This document shows, in pieces, positions 37,444-46,717 of a stretch of 51,073 nucleotides of DNA (positions are counted from its first letter, which is position 1; every line of letters starts with the position of its first letter). Source of the DNA: a virus (lineage: Duplodnaviria; Caudoviricetes). The stretch covers positions 1 to 51,073 of the IMG/VR virus record IMGVR_UViG_3300037293_000449; one strand, 5' to 3'. The notes beneath the pieces are model-generated. The model ran no database searches, was not told where the DNA came from, and was given only the letters and a program-made list of their open reading frames with translations. The position numbers and the translations under genes are program-made.

Positions 37444-38972
37444 ACCAGATCGCAAAAAGCTTCGGCACCTTCTTCTTCGACAACGTTTTCCTGACCCCCG
37501 AAAGAATCGATGCGGGAGTGGTTGTGCCTGGCGCAGAAGTTTCGTTCGAGCTTTGGCATTCTTTCGCTGACGCGAAGGTATTAACCGGGGTTACTCAAAC
37601 CGGGGCGTTAGGGATTGAGCTCAACGGTGCTACCTCAGGGGCTTTGTACGCTTTTACCTCCTTTGCCTACGGCGTTTCTCTGAGCCAAGCAAATGGGCTT
37701 ATCGACTACACGGCAGCTTTCGACTTTGGCACCGGGGCCTCGTACAGTTTCAACCTGACCGCCTCGATGGCGCTTGTGATGCCTGAGCGTATCGACTGGT
37801 CAACTCAGCCAGAAATGAGCATTCAGTACCTTACAGAAGTCATCGAATCGTTTGACGGCACAGAGCAACGCATCGCTCTTCGTGACACACCACGATGCTC
37901 GCTTAGCTACCTGTACAGCATGACTGACGAGCAGCAGTACCAGTTTGATAACAAGATAGCTACGTCGTCAGGTAGCATGATTGTGCCGCTGTGGCCGCTG
38001 CAGTGTCAGCTGTCACGCGAAGTGCTGGCAGGAGATGCATCTGTTGCTCTGGAGACGATCAATGCTCACGTTGTGGCATCCGACACGCTTTTGATCTCCG
38101 AAGGGGATGAGTCCGAAATAGTGAGTGTCGAGTCGGTGGCCGACAGGGTCGTGACACTAAAACATCTGGCTAAGAAAACCTTCTCCACAAGTGCGGTCGT
38201 CGTCCCAGCCCGAAACGCATACCCCTCTGATGAGTCGAATTCCACCTCGTTCCTGCGAAACTTTGACCAGCAATCGATCACCTTCGATGTCGATGAAACG
38301 CAGATCCAGAAGCCAACGCCAGTAGACGACTTCGAGCGCCTGAACTCTCGACCAGTCTTCCCATTCAGGCCTGATCGCTCAAAAGATGTCACTACTCAAT
38401 ACAACCGCCTGCGAGAAACCCTCGACCCACTGATCGGAGCCCGAAGCATCTACGACCGGGCACGCGGATCAGTGAAAGTCCTCGGGCAGACATTTACGTT
38501 TTTCTCCGAGCAGGAACGGCAACGTTTCGAGGACTTCGCCGAACTCATGAACGGCGCACAGGGTGAGTTCTACATTGAAGGCCCTGGGCAGGCTTTCGAG
38601 CTGAGCGAAGACATCGTGGTTCCTACATTCAAATTCAAGATCAAAAGCAGCGGTTACACCAACTTCGCTAACAGCAACTCGCTCGCCCCAATAGCAGCAA
38701 TAAAACTGTATGATGGAACGACTATTTACAAAACAATCCTGAGCGCAACTGGCAACCCAGACGGCACAGAAGCAATCACCACAAAAGAAATAACACTCAG
38801 CCTCAAGACAACTGACATTGAAGCAATCGTACCGCTCTATCTTGCAAGATTTGACTCAGATGAATTCCGCTACATCTTCGACACCAACGAAGTGTCGACT
38901 ATAACTAAAAACATACGGCAACTACTCTATGCTGACCCTGCAATCGATACAGAAAGCGCTGTCTCTATCTAG
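37440..38972 (+). CDS. Tail structural protein (distal-tail-like)
   Basis: LTEVIESFDGTEQRIALRDTPR motif; tail operon position. Confidence 0.7.
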   Translation: MNQIAKSFGTFFFDNVFLTPERIDAGVVVPGAEVSFELWHSFADAKVLTGVTQTGALGIELNGATSGALYAFTSFAYGVSLSQANGLIDYTAAFDFGTGASYSFNLTASMALVMPERIDWSTQPEMSIQYLTEVIESFDGTEQRIALRDTPRCSLSYLYSMTDEQQYQFDNKIATSSGSMIVPLWPLQCQLSREVLAGDASVALETINAHVVASDTLLISEGDESEIVSVESVADRVVTLKHLAKKTFSTSAVVVPARNAYPSDESNSTSFLRNFDQQSITFDVDETQIQKPTPVDDFERLNSRPVFPFRPDRSKDVTTQYNRLRETLDPLIGARSIYDRARGSVKVLGQTFTFFSEQERQRFEDFAELMNGAQGEFYIEGPGQAFELSEDIVVPTFKFKIKSSGYTNFANSNSLAPIAAIKLYDGTTIYKTILSATGNPDGTEAITTKEITLSLKTTDIEAIVPLYLARFDSDEFRYIFDTNEVSTITKNIRQLLYADPAIDTESAVSI

Positions 38973-39729
38973 ACCAATCGAACTCTTCTTGTTTGAACAC
39001 GGTACGGAAAAGTACGCCTACACATCCGGCAGCAGGCAGCATCTCCACACGGACGGGCTGATCTACAAGCCGCTGAGCCTGAGACGAGGCAAAGTTCAGC
39101 GCACAGCCGAAGACTACAAAAACCAGCTGACTCTCGACATGCCCGGCGACTCACCAGTACCTCTGCTGTTCCGGTCACATTTGCCGTCAAACCACGTCAG
39201 CATCAAGGTTTTTCAGACCCAGCGCGACCTACCAGGCGAGTCGATCAACATCTTCGCTGGGGAGGTCACGAGCGTCACTTGGAACAACTCCATCGCAAGC
39301 CTGGCATGCAACCCCGTCTCCAGGTCTCTGACCCGCCAGGTGCTTCGCTGCGGCTACCAGAGCCAGTGCAATCATCATTTATACGACACACGGTGCGGCC
39401 TCCAAATCCAGGACTGGCAAGAGGATACGACCGTCTCTGCTATCAGGGACAACGGCTTCACCGTAGAAGTAGCCTCAAAGGCCAACGCTGACGACTACTA
39501 CATCACGGGTTTGTTATCAAAGACTGGAAGTGACTTCCGGATGATCACCTCCTGCTCGGAGAGTTCTTTTAAGTTGATGTCGCCGATTGACGGATTGAAA
39601 GTTGGTGATGCTATTCAAGTGGCAAAGGGGTGTGATCACTCGGCTGCGTCGTGTCATTCTTTTGATAACTTCGACAATTTCTTGGGCTTCTTGACGATCC
39701 CGACTGATAACCCGTTTCAAGTTTACTAA
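38929..39729 (+). CDS. Phage BR0599/DUF2163 family tail hub protein
   Basis: CNHHLYDTRCG, GCDHSAASC..FDNFDNFLGFLTIP..NPF. Confidence 0.9.
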   Translation: MLTLQSIQKALSLSRPIELFLFEHGTEKYAYTSGSRQHLHTDGLIYKPLSLRRGKVQRTAEDYKNQLTLDMPGDSPVPLLFRSHLPSNHVSIKVFQTQRDLPGESINIFAGEVTSVTWNNSIASLACNPVSRSLTRQVLRCGYQSQCNHHLYDTRCGLQIQDWQEDTTVSAIRDNGFTVEVASKANADDYYITGLLSKTGSDFRMITSCSESSFKLMSPIDGLKVGDAIQVAKGCDHSAASCHSFDNFDNFLGFLTIPTDNPFQVY

Positions 39730-39762
39730 CAACATACCCCTAAGAATAATAAGAAGGTAAGC

Positions 39763-42129
39763 ATGGTTTACTTCATGATGGCCATGATGGTTCTGTCAAT
39801 GTACCTGTCAATCAAGATGCAGAAGAAGCCTGAAAGGCCTAATGCGGCAGGAATTGAAGACTTTAGTTTCCCCTCTGCATCTGAGCGCCCGATTCAGGTA
39901 CTTGCGGGCACCAGGCGCATTTCAGGCCCCAATGTTCTCTGGTACGGCGACCTGCGCACCACTGCGATCAAGACCGTGACTAAAGGGATGTTCAGTTCGA
40001 AAAAGACCGTCACTGGCTACCGATATTACATGGGCGTCCAGCTCGGCATTTGCCATGGCCCTGACGTCCTGTTAAGGGAGATCAAGTTCGGCGATGACGT
40101 CGCGTGGTCAGGTCTGAGCACTGGAGGCCCGATCCAGATCGACAAGCCCGCACTCTTCGGTGGTGACACGAATGGCTCTGGCGGCCTCTCTGGGACGATG
40201 AGGTTTTACCCCGGTGCCTTGACGCAAACCGCGAACGAGTACCTGGTTGGCAAGGTTGGCTCAGATCTCGTGTCTGCCATACGCGGTGTCAGCTACTGCG
40301 TTATGGAGGGCATGTACATCGGGAACTCATCGAGCCCGCAGGCCACGAGCTTTGTGGTCAGCAGGTTCCCGAAATCGCCAGACGACCGCTTCAGCGACTA
40401 CGAACAAATTGGACTCGACGCAAACCCAGCATTTTTTATCTATGAAATGATCACCCACGGACTTTACGGGGCAGACCTCGGCTACTCGTCAATTGACTTG
40501 GACTCGTTCACGTCAGCCGCTAAAACACTCTTTGACGAGGGCCTGGGCATCTCAGCAGTCATTGATTCATCGACAACGGCTGGGGACGTGATCAATGACG
40601 TCAAACGCGTGATCCAGGGGTCATTGCAGACAGATCCTGCAACCGGCGCGCTGAAGCTAAGGCTGATCCGGAACGACTACATCGTCGACGACCTGCCACT
40701 GCTCGATCAGTCGAATATCAAGAACCTCAGCGGCTTCACAAGGGGCTCACTCGACACTGCGATCACTGAAGTGAAGCTCAAGTACACAAGCATCGACGAC
40801 GACTTCACTGAGCGCACAGTCATCGCCCAGAACAATGCCTTACGAATCCACAAGGGTGACAGTGACGGCCAGGTCGTCCAGATGCCCATGATCAGCACCC
40901 GAGAAAGCGCAGCGCAGATCGTGATGAGGGAAATGGCCAGCGCATCGGTTCCCTTGGCAACGTGTACAGCAGAGTGCAATCGAGGCCCAGCACACACTGA
41001 AGTCGGTGACGTAGTGCGTCTGAGCTGGCCAGCCGAAAGCGTCGACAACCTTGTCATGCGCGTGACCGGCGTCGACCTAGGAGCACCTCAAGACGGCTCG
41101 GTACGCCTCACACTCGTCCAGGACGTTTTTGGTGTTTTCATGAGCATTTACGCCGATGGCTCCGAGCGCCAATGGACTAAGCCAACCTTCGACGCCACGG
41201 ACATTAAGCGCTTCGACATCATCGATGCCCCGACAATTTTGACGACAAACCAAACAGCCGGAAGCGTGATGGTCGTGGCTGAGAATCCTGGCGTTGCGCT
41301 GGACTACCAGTTCCAGGTGCGCGGAGGTGTTGATAGCGGTTACGTCGATGCCGGGGCAATGCCTTTCACTCCACTGTTCTCGACTACGAAAGCCTTGGGC
41401 ACTGGTTGGACTGATGTAAGCCTTGTTCTGTCCGGGCCGTCTGCAGAGCTTTCGTCGCACACTCCGGAAGAGGTTCGTCAGGGGCTGGGCTTGATGCTGA
41501 TCGTCAGTGCTCTTGGGAAAGAATGGATCTCGTATCAGAACGCTGTGGCTGGCAATTCAACGACTGTGAATCTTGGTCTGGTAAACCGTGGGCTATTCAA
41601 CACGAAGCCTTTGGCGCACCCAGCAAGAGCCCGCGCATGGGCTGTTTCCGAGGGTTTCGGGGTTACTGATTGGCAGTACGTGAAGAGCGAATCCGTGTCG
41701 CTCAGGATGCTGCCACGGACGCAAACAGGAGTGCTCGATGTCGATGATGCTGTCGTGCATTCGTACAGTGTTGCCGGGGCTAATGTCGCTCCGTGGGTGC
41801 CAGGGCGTGTGCGCGTGAATGGCGTCGAGGGTGGGCAGATTTCGGGGGGCGCTACAGTGACCTGGAGGAAGCGTGATGGGTCGTTGCCTGCAGTTGTATT
41901 CAACGGTGACGACGTGAGTCAGGTGAGTGCTTCGACGTATCAAGTGGTCGTGAAATCGGGGAGCACTGTCGTCAAAACTGTCAGCGGGATTACAGCTGAA
42001 TCCTGGGGATTTTCTGAAGAGACTGCGCTGAACGGCGGGGCTTACTTCGGTTCCCTGACCTTTGAGGTCGTCGCTCAAAAGCCAGGGTTTGCTGATTCAG
42101 CTGTCACCAGAGTCAGCGTAACAAGGTGA
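39763..42129 (+). CDS. Tail tip / central fibre protein
   Basis: GPNVLWYGD, GYRYYMGVQLGICHG, ANPAFFIYE, LRLIRNDY, VGDVVRLSWP, QDVF. Confidence 0.88.
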   Translation: MVYFMMAMMVLSMYLSIKMQKKPERPNAAGIEDFSFPSASERPIQVLAGTRRISGPNVLWYGDLRTTAIKTVTKGMFSSKKTVTGYRYYMGVQLGICHGPDVLLREIKFGDDVAWSGLSTGGPIQIDKPALFGGDTNGSGGLSGTMRFYPGALTQTANEYLVGKVGSDLVSAIRGVSYCVMEGMYIGNSSSPQATSFVVSRFPKSPDDRFSDYEQIGLDANPAFFIYEMITHGLYGADLGYSSIDLDSFTSAAKTLFDEGLGISAVIDSSTTAGDVINDVKRVIQGSLQTDPATGALKLRLIRNDYIVDDLPLLDQSNIKNLSGFTRGSLDTAITEVKLKYTSIDDDFTERTVIAQNNALRIHKGDSDGQVVQMPMISTRESAAQIVMREMASASVPLATCTAECNRGPAHTEVGDVVRLSWPAESVDNLVMRVTGVDLGAPQDGSVRLTLVQDVFGVFMSIYADGSERQWTKPTFDATDIKRFDIIDAPTILTTNQTAGSVMVVAENPGVALDYQFQVRGGVDSGYVDAGAMPFTPLFSTTKALGTGWTDVSLVLSGPSAELSSHTPEEVRQGLGLMLIVSALGKEWISYQNAVAGNSTTVNLGLVNRGLFNTKPLAHPARARAWAVSEGFGVTDWQYVKSESVSLRMLPRTQTGVLDVDDAVVHSYSVAGANVAPWVPGRVRVNGVEGGQISGGATVTWRKRDGSLPAVVFNGDDVSQVSASTYQVVVKSGSTVVKTVSGITAESWGFSEETALNGGAYFGSLTFEVVAQKPGFADSAVTRVSVTR

Positions 42130-42131
42130 GG

Positions 42132-42791
42132 TTAGTTTCTGACTAAAAACTTGGCTTGCTCACCGTCTGAATTGGAGCGAAGCTTCATCACCATTCGCTG
42201 AATGAATGGTATATGACTGTCGCGTTCTAGATCCGCAAAGATCATTCCTTGTCCGTTCAGGTTGTCCATAACGATCTGGACACTTGTTGAGTTTAGAACA
42301 CCCAGGTGTATCGTCTTGCAGTCAACATCATCTTTTTGGATTTTGTAGAACGTCAGGTGATGTGCGGACTTATAATTTGTCTCCCAAGCCACATGCTCAG
42401 TTTTCATGCCTGCAAGGAAAAGTGGTTGCTGAACCCCTGAGTCGGATTTTCTGATTTCGCAGAGACCACCTTGAGAGTCCTCCATCATCATGCCGGGATC
42501 AATTCCGTACTGCTTCAGGACGGTTGTATCGCCGGTAAACTTAATTCGAAGTCCGGACTTTGAAATATCGTTGACTCGGTCGTAGATGAAACCCTTGTCG
42601 ATTATATCTACCTTAATTTTTGCATGGAGCGGCGTTAAAAGCTTTGCTCCGTTATTCTGAGTGTACAGATACACATTGCCGGTAAATGTGTCGGCCATAA
42701 GCGTTCGGTTGTAGCCCAGGAAAATTTCTCCGACAACCCAGAACACACACATAAAAGCAAAGAACTTAGCGAAAGTTTTACGCCGCAGCAT
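42132..42791 (-). CDS. Membrane-anchored hypothetical protein
   Basis: N-terminal TM helix; AT-rich. Confidence 0.6.
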   Translation of the reverse strand: MLRRKTFAKFFAFMCVFWVVGEIFLGYNRTLMADTFTGNVYLYTQNNGAKLLTPLHAKIKVDIIDKGFIYDRVNDISKSGLRIKFTGDTTVLKQYGIDPGMMMEDSQGGLCEIRKSDSGVQQPLFLAGMKTEHVAWETNYKSAHHLTFYKIQKDDVDCKTIHLGVLNSTSVQIVMDNLNGQGMIFADLERDSHIPFIQRMVMKLRSNSDGEQAKFLVRN

Positions 42792-43119
42792 GTTCTAACT
42801 CCTCAGCTTCACGCTTATAAAATGGGGGCTCAACATTAAGCAGTGCAGCGCCAAGGAGGAATACTCCAACATTTTCCCAAATCATCTCACCCAGGAAGGG
42901 TAGTAATGTGCTGGAGCCAGGTAGGATCGTTGCCATTATCGCAATTGGATATCCGAGTAAGTCCATAACTAGAGATGGGGCGTGATAGCAGTGCAGCAAA
43001 TTGCGTGCAGAAATTACTGTCTCGCTGAATGTTTGAAGCTCAGTCGCAGACGCGAGTAGAAAACCTGGCGCGACGACGCTAAACATAAATATTGCCCACA
43101 CCACTCGATAGATACGCAT
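42778..43119 (-). CDS. Small membrane protein
   Basis: About three hydrophobic segments; AGGGAG RBS. Confidence 0.6.
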   Translation of the reverse strand: MRIYRVVWAIFMFSVVAPGFLLASATELQTFSETVISARNLLHCYHAPSLVMDLLGYPIAIMATILPGSSTLLPFLGEMIWENVGVFLLGAALLNVEPPFYKREAEELEHAAA

Positions 43120-43187
43120 ACAACTCCCTTGCTCTTTAAGTTTGCATCAATGCTACGTGCAGGCAACTAGCGTGAAAAGCGTTTTTA

Positions 43188-44168
43188 CTACGCAGTTACA
43201 TACCCAATTGTGGTTTTTCTAATAACGCCCAAACCCTCTGCGTTCCTGAAAATCTCACCAGCTCGGAGGTTCCCGATTCTGGCGTTTTTCGCAAAAACCT
43301 TGAGCCGAACGGGGGTGCCGGGTTCCAGAGTTTTTGCGTGAACAACCAGGGTTTTCAGGATTTCTGCGTTCGAGTCGAGCAGGGTTTCTGGGTTTTTCAC
43401 GGTTTCTGGCGTTTCTGTCACTCCCTCTGGCATGCCAGTCACCTTAACTTCAGATGATGGCGTTTCGCTAGCCGCTGAGGCTACAACACCCGTGCTAGAG
43501 CGTCCAGAGCTTCTGACGCCAGCTAGGATGAGTGCCGGAACTATCTCCAGGGACATTGCGAAGCCGAGGCACAGAAACTGGGCGAGAAGCGGTGGCAGGT
43601 TGGATGCCTTGGCGACGCCGGACTTGATATGAGCGATCTCAAGAGACCAGGCGTTAATGCGTCCAATCGCCTGAGCGCGCTGAGCTGCTGCACGAGTGCT
43701 GACAGACTCTTCGAGTTCCAAGGCTTTGGAAACCATGCCACGACTACGCAAGTCATTAGCCTGCGTCCCCGCATCGGAGATCTCTTTATCAAGATGGGAG
43801 ATTAACGCTGAGTCTTTCTGAGCCATTGCAGTAAGTGCGGCTACACGCTCAGTAGTCATCACTTCATGAGTGGCCTTGCTGACGCTAATCGAAGTCATGA
43901 GTCGATCATAAGTGGCCCAACCGCTAACACCCGAAAGCATCAGGGCGCATGCAATTGTCAGTACCGCACTTGTGCCACGCAAAACCCGGATAGCAACAGG
44001 CCACGCCAGATACTTGAAGATATCCAAGAGCACGGCTGCAGACGCAAACAAGAGCGCAAGATTCTTGTCCTCAATAAGTGCATACATAGCCAAGGCAACA
44101 GAAATTGCAGTTACGCTAGACAAAAGGAATGCGATTGCGACAAGTAATGCCGACAGCTTTTTGCTCAT
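43188..44168 (-). CDS. Multi-TM coiled-coil protein with putative C-terminal winged helix
   Basis: Three N-terminal TMs, coiled coil, fourth TM, linker, ARIGNLRAGEIF...GVI. Confidence 0.65.
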   Translation of the reverse strand: MSKKLSALLVAIAFLLSSVTAISVALAMYALIEDKNLALLFASAAVLLDIFKYLAWPVAIRVLRGTSAVLTIACALMLSGVSGWATYDRLMTSISVSKATHEVMTTERVAALTAMAQKDSALISHLDKEISDAGTQANDLRSRGMVSKALELEESVSTRAAAQRAQAIGRINAWSLEIAHIKSGVAKASNLPPLLAQFLCLGFAMSLEIVPALILAGVRSSGRSSTGVVASAASETPSSEVKVTGMPEGVTETPETVKNPETLLDSNAEILKTLVVHAKTLEPGTPVRLKVFAKNARIGNLRAGEIFRNAEGLGVIRKTTIGYVTA

Positions 44169-44343
44169 CTTGAGCTCCGAAATCTCTGTATAAGTCCATT
44201 ATATAAGGGGTTCCAGGCAGTGCAATAGCATGGGCGGGCTATTTGACATCAAACTACCTTCATATAGATTGCATTTATTTATTGAGTGGGCGAGTCCAAT
44301 TCAATATGATGTTTATAAATGAGCCATAAAAAGGAAAATAATA

Positions 44344-44790
44344 ATGGACATCAAGATTTCAGTTAATCACCAGGCTATCGCTGACGCACTTATTAAAAGT
44401 GGCGACTTGCATCGTGAAGATTGCGGATGCGGACTTTCATATGAGCATGATGAAGCACAGGAACTTCAGGAAGTTATTGATATTGCGCTGGATGTAATCG
44501 AAATTTACGGCGAAGCCGGGCTAAGGGCGCTGGCAAATAGAGCCGAAAGACGTGCGGATGAACTGGATGTAGAAGTTCGAGCGAAGCTGGCTAAGGCGGA
44601 AGCCGAGAAAGCCCTGGGTGAAGTAATCCTGTCGGAGTTCGACCAGATCGCTCTGATGAACATTGTGGGCATCATCGGCGGTGACATGGACGCCTATGAC
44701 CTTGCCACGACACTCGTCCGCAGGAAGGTCTACAGCGCTGCTGAGATGATGCGACTATCCGGTGCGCAGTTGAGACATTTACTCTCGTAA
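44344..44790 (+). CDS. Hypothetical protein
   Basis: 148 aa; AAAAAGGAAAA RBS. Confidence 0.65.
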   Translation: MDIKISVNHQAIADALIKSGDLHREDCGCGLSYEHDEAQELQEVIDIALDVIEIYGEAGLRALANRAERRADELDVEVRAKLAKAEAEKALGEVILSEFDQIALMNIVGIIGGDMDAYDLATTLVRRKVYSAAEMMRLSGAQLRHLLS

Positions 44791-45204
44791 AAACGACTCA
44801 GCAAGCAATTGGGCTAGGGGCGCAGGCTTTTGGCCTTTTTCGAAGGACGTCACCAGAAAGGTTTTGCCGCAACGGTCATGGAGCACCATTCCTTCCCTGA
44901 CCAATCTCGCTTCGACGTGGAGCTCTGCGAATAGCCCGAACGCAGTCGTGTCGCCGTCAACCTGCCCATAAATCCACCCGGCTTCGTCTGCCACGACTTC
45001 ACTGAGAACGTGGTCTGACGGGCTGAAAGCTCTCTTTATCATCCTACCCACCCGTCGCGCTCCCTTAGCCGCCATAACGAAAAACCAGATCAGGGGAATA
45101 AGCGGAATCGAGATCAGGATTCCACCCCACACGTTGATCTGATGCACAACCCAACGCAAAAGGCCCCAAAGCCCGCGCATGGGCACGATCCAGTTGATTC
45201 TCAT
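44779..45204 (-). CDS. Hypothetical membrane protein
   Basis: Hydrophobic segment GGILISIPLIPLIWFFVMAA; coupled to the upstream gene. Confidence 0.55.
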   Translation of the reverse strand: MRINWIVPMRGLWGLLRWVVHQINVWGGILISIPLIPLIWFFVMAAKGARRVGRMIKRAFSPSDHVLSEVVADEAGWIYGQVDGDTTAFGLFAELHVEARLVREGMVLHDRCGKTFLVTSFEKGQKPAPLAQLLAESFLRE

Positions 45205-45503
45205 GACCCGACCTCCACACTTGTTGGCTTCTCATGCAGGAAGGTCAGCGCAAGCAGAGCGTGTATAGAATCAAGCAGCGCATCAGCCTTATCGTCAAAG
45301 CTCAGAATCATGTACTCGTGCCCCTGGACGTCTTTGACGCCAATACCCATGTCATCAATCCAAGCACTGTGTATGTGGAAGGTCTGATGTAACTCACCGT
45401 CAAATTCCTTCCCCTCAATAACTCCATATGTAAGCCCGGCAACATCAATGGCATTACCCTTATGCAAAACATATGCTTCATAAATCAATGCGCAACGAGC
45501 CAT
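45201..45503 (-). CDS. Hypothetical protein
   Basis: 100 aa; GGAGG RBS. Confidence 0.6.
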   Translation of the reverse strand: MARCALIYEAYVLHKGNAIDVAGLTYGVIEGKEFDGELHQTFHIHSAWIDDMGIGVKDVQGHEYMILSFDDKADALLDSIHALLALTFLHEKPTSVEVGS

Positions 45504-45596
45504 TTAACCTCCATTACATATATGCCGATTGTACCGCTTGCAAGGTTTGCCAGCAAACACTAATATCGGGATTGTAGAATTAAGGAGTTGCATGTC

Positions 45597-46256
45597 ATGA
45601 AAAGTTTCAGAAGCATATTAAATGCACAACATGTAGCTCAGTTGTATCTTGAAAATAAGTCGATTAACGGCATGAGTAAGAGAGCTGGGGTGTCAGATGA
45701 ATTGACAAGGTTTGCATTCACTCTGGCACTCCGTGGCGTACATCCGAATAGCCTTGACTCTATTTTTGACTTCAGACTTGAAGACGTTGTCGGTCTCCTG
45801 CTCGCTGATAAAGAGACCACGCAGGATATGAAGGATGAATTCGATGAGTTCAGGGTTGTTTGGCGCAGGCTGCATTGCCGTGAGCGTGATCGGCGGGACG
45901 CGATTTGGCGACTGGAAGCGATAAAGCCAGGTTCAAAAACAGCTGAGCCATTTCTCGAATCTCTTGATGCAATAGCTGAGGCGGACGAGGTAGATCCGAT
46001 TGGGGAGGCCTTTGCTATGGGGATCGACGAGGTCTTCGAGATAGTCCCCGTCACGTCGGTGCCAGGCTGGATAGACTACATCGCGTGCGACGACATTCCA
46101 GAGCCGTGGTGCGAGCGCTTCTCACAAGCTAGCACTGGATCGACGGCTACGATCCGTGGGAGCTATGCGTACGACTGGGAAAAGTTTGTGCGGTGCTGGA
46201 AGGTCGAGATGGATATGATAGCTAAACACCAGTTGGCACTTGGGGAGTCGCTATGA
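45597..46256 (+). CDS. Hypothetical protein
   Basis: AAGGAG RBS; coupled to the exonuclease gene. Confidence 0.6.
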   Translation: MKSFRSILNAQHVAQLYLENKSINGMSKRAGVSDELTRFAFTLALRGVHPNSLDSIFDFRLEDVVGLLLADKETTQDMKDEFDEFRVVWRRLHCRERDRRDAIWRLEAIKPGSKTAEPFLESLDAIAEADEVDPIGEAFAMGIDEVFEIVPVTSVPGWIDYIACDDIPEPWCERFSQASTGSTATIRGSYAYDWEKFVRCWKVEMDMIAKHQLALGESL

Positions 46257-46717
46257 AAATTGTTGTGGACTGCGAATTCACACAGCTCAATGCTACCTCC
46301 AAACTTATTTCCATGGCGCTAGTTGCGGAAGACGGCCAAGAGCTCTACTTCGAGCTTAGCGATAATTACGTGATTGGCGATTGCAGTGATTTTGTTGTTG
46401 AGAAGGTATTACCACAGCTGTCAGGAGGTAGCGACTCAATATCACTGATTGCTGCAAGGCAGGAATTGTTGGCGTTCTTGGCTCGCTTCGATAATGTCGA
46501 AATCATGTCTGACGCGCCCGCATGGGACTGGGAGTTCTTCTGCGATATCGCTTACCACAACGGAAAGTGGCCAGGCAATGCATCCAACAAGCCGCTTAAC
46601 TTGATTGACATGTTTAATAATAAAAATATGCAAGGGGAAGATGCGCCGGAGCTTCCACATCATGCGTTGCTCGACGCTAGATTACTAATGAACTACTACA
46701 AGCGTCTTCTCAAATAG
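46253..46717 (+). CDS. DEDD 3'-5' exoribonuclease (Rv2179c-like)
   Basis: VVDCEFT..LISMALV, SDAPAWDW, HHALLDAR. Confidence 0.8.
   Translation: MKIVVDCEFTQLNATSKLISMALVAEDGQELYFELSDNYVIGDCSDFVVEKVLPQLSGGSDSISLIAARQELLAFLARFDNVEIMSDAPAWDWEFFCDIAYHNGKWPGNASNKPLNLIDMFNNKNMQGEDAPELPHHALLDARLLMNYYKRLLK

Noticed and set aside
23210-42129. Diversity-generating retroelement or invertible fibre cassette
   Set aside because: No reverse transcriptase, invertase or template/variable repeat pair seen.
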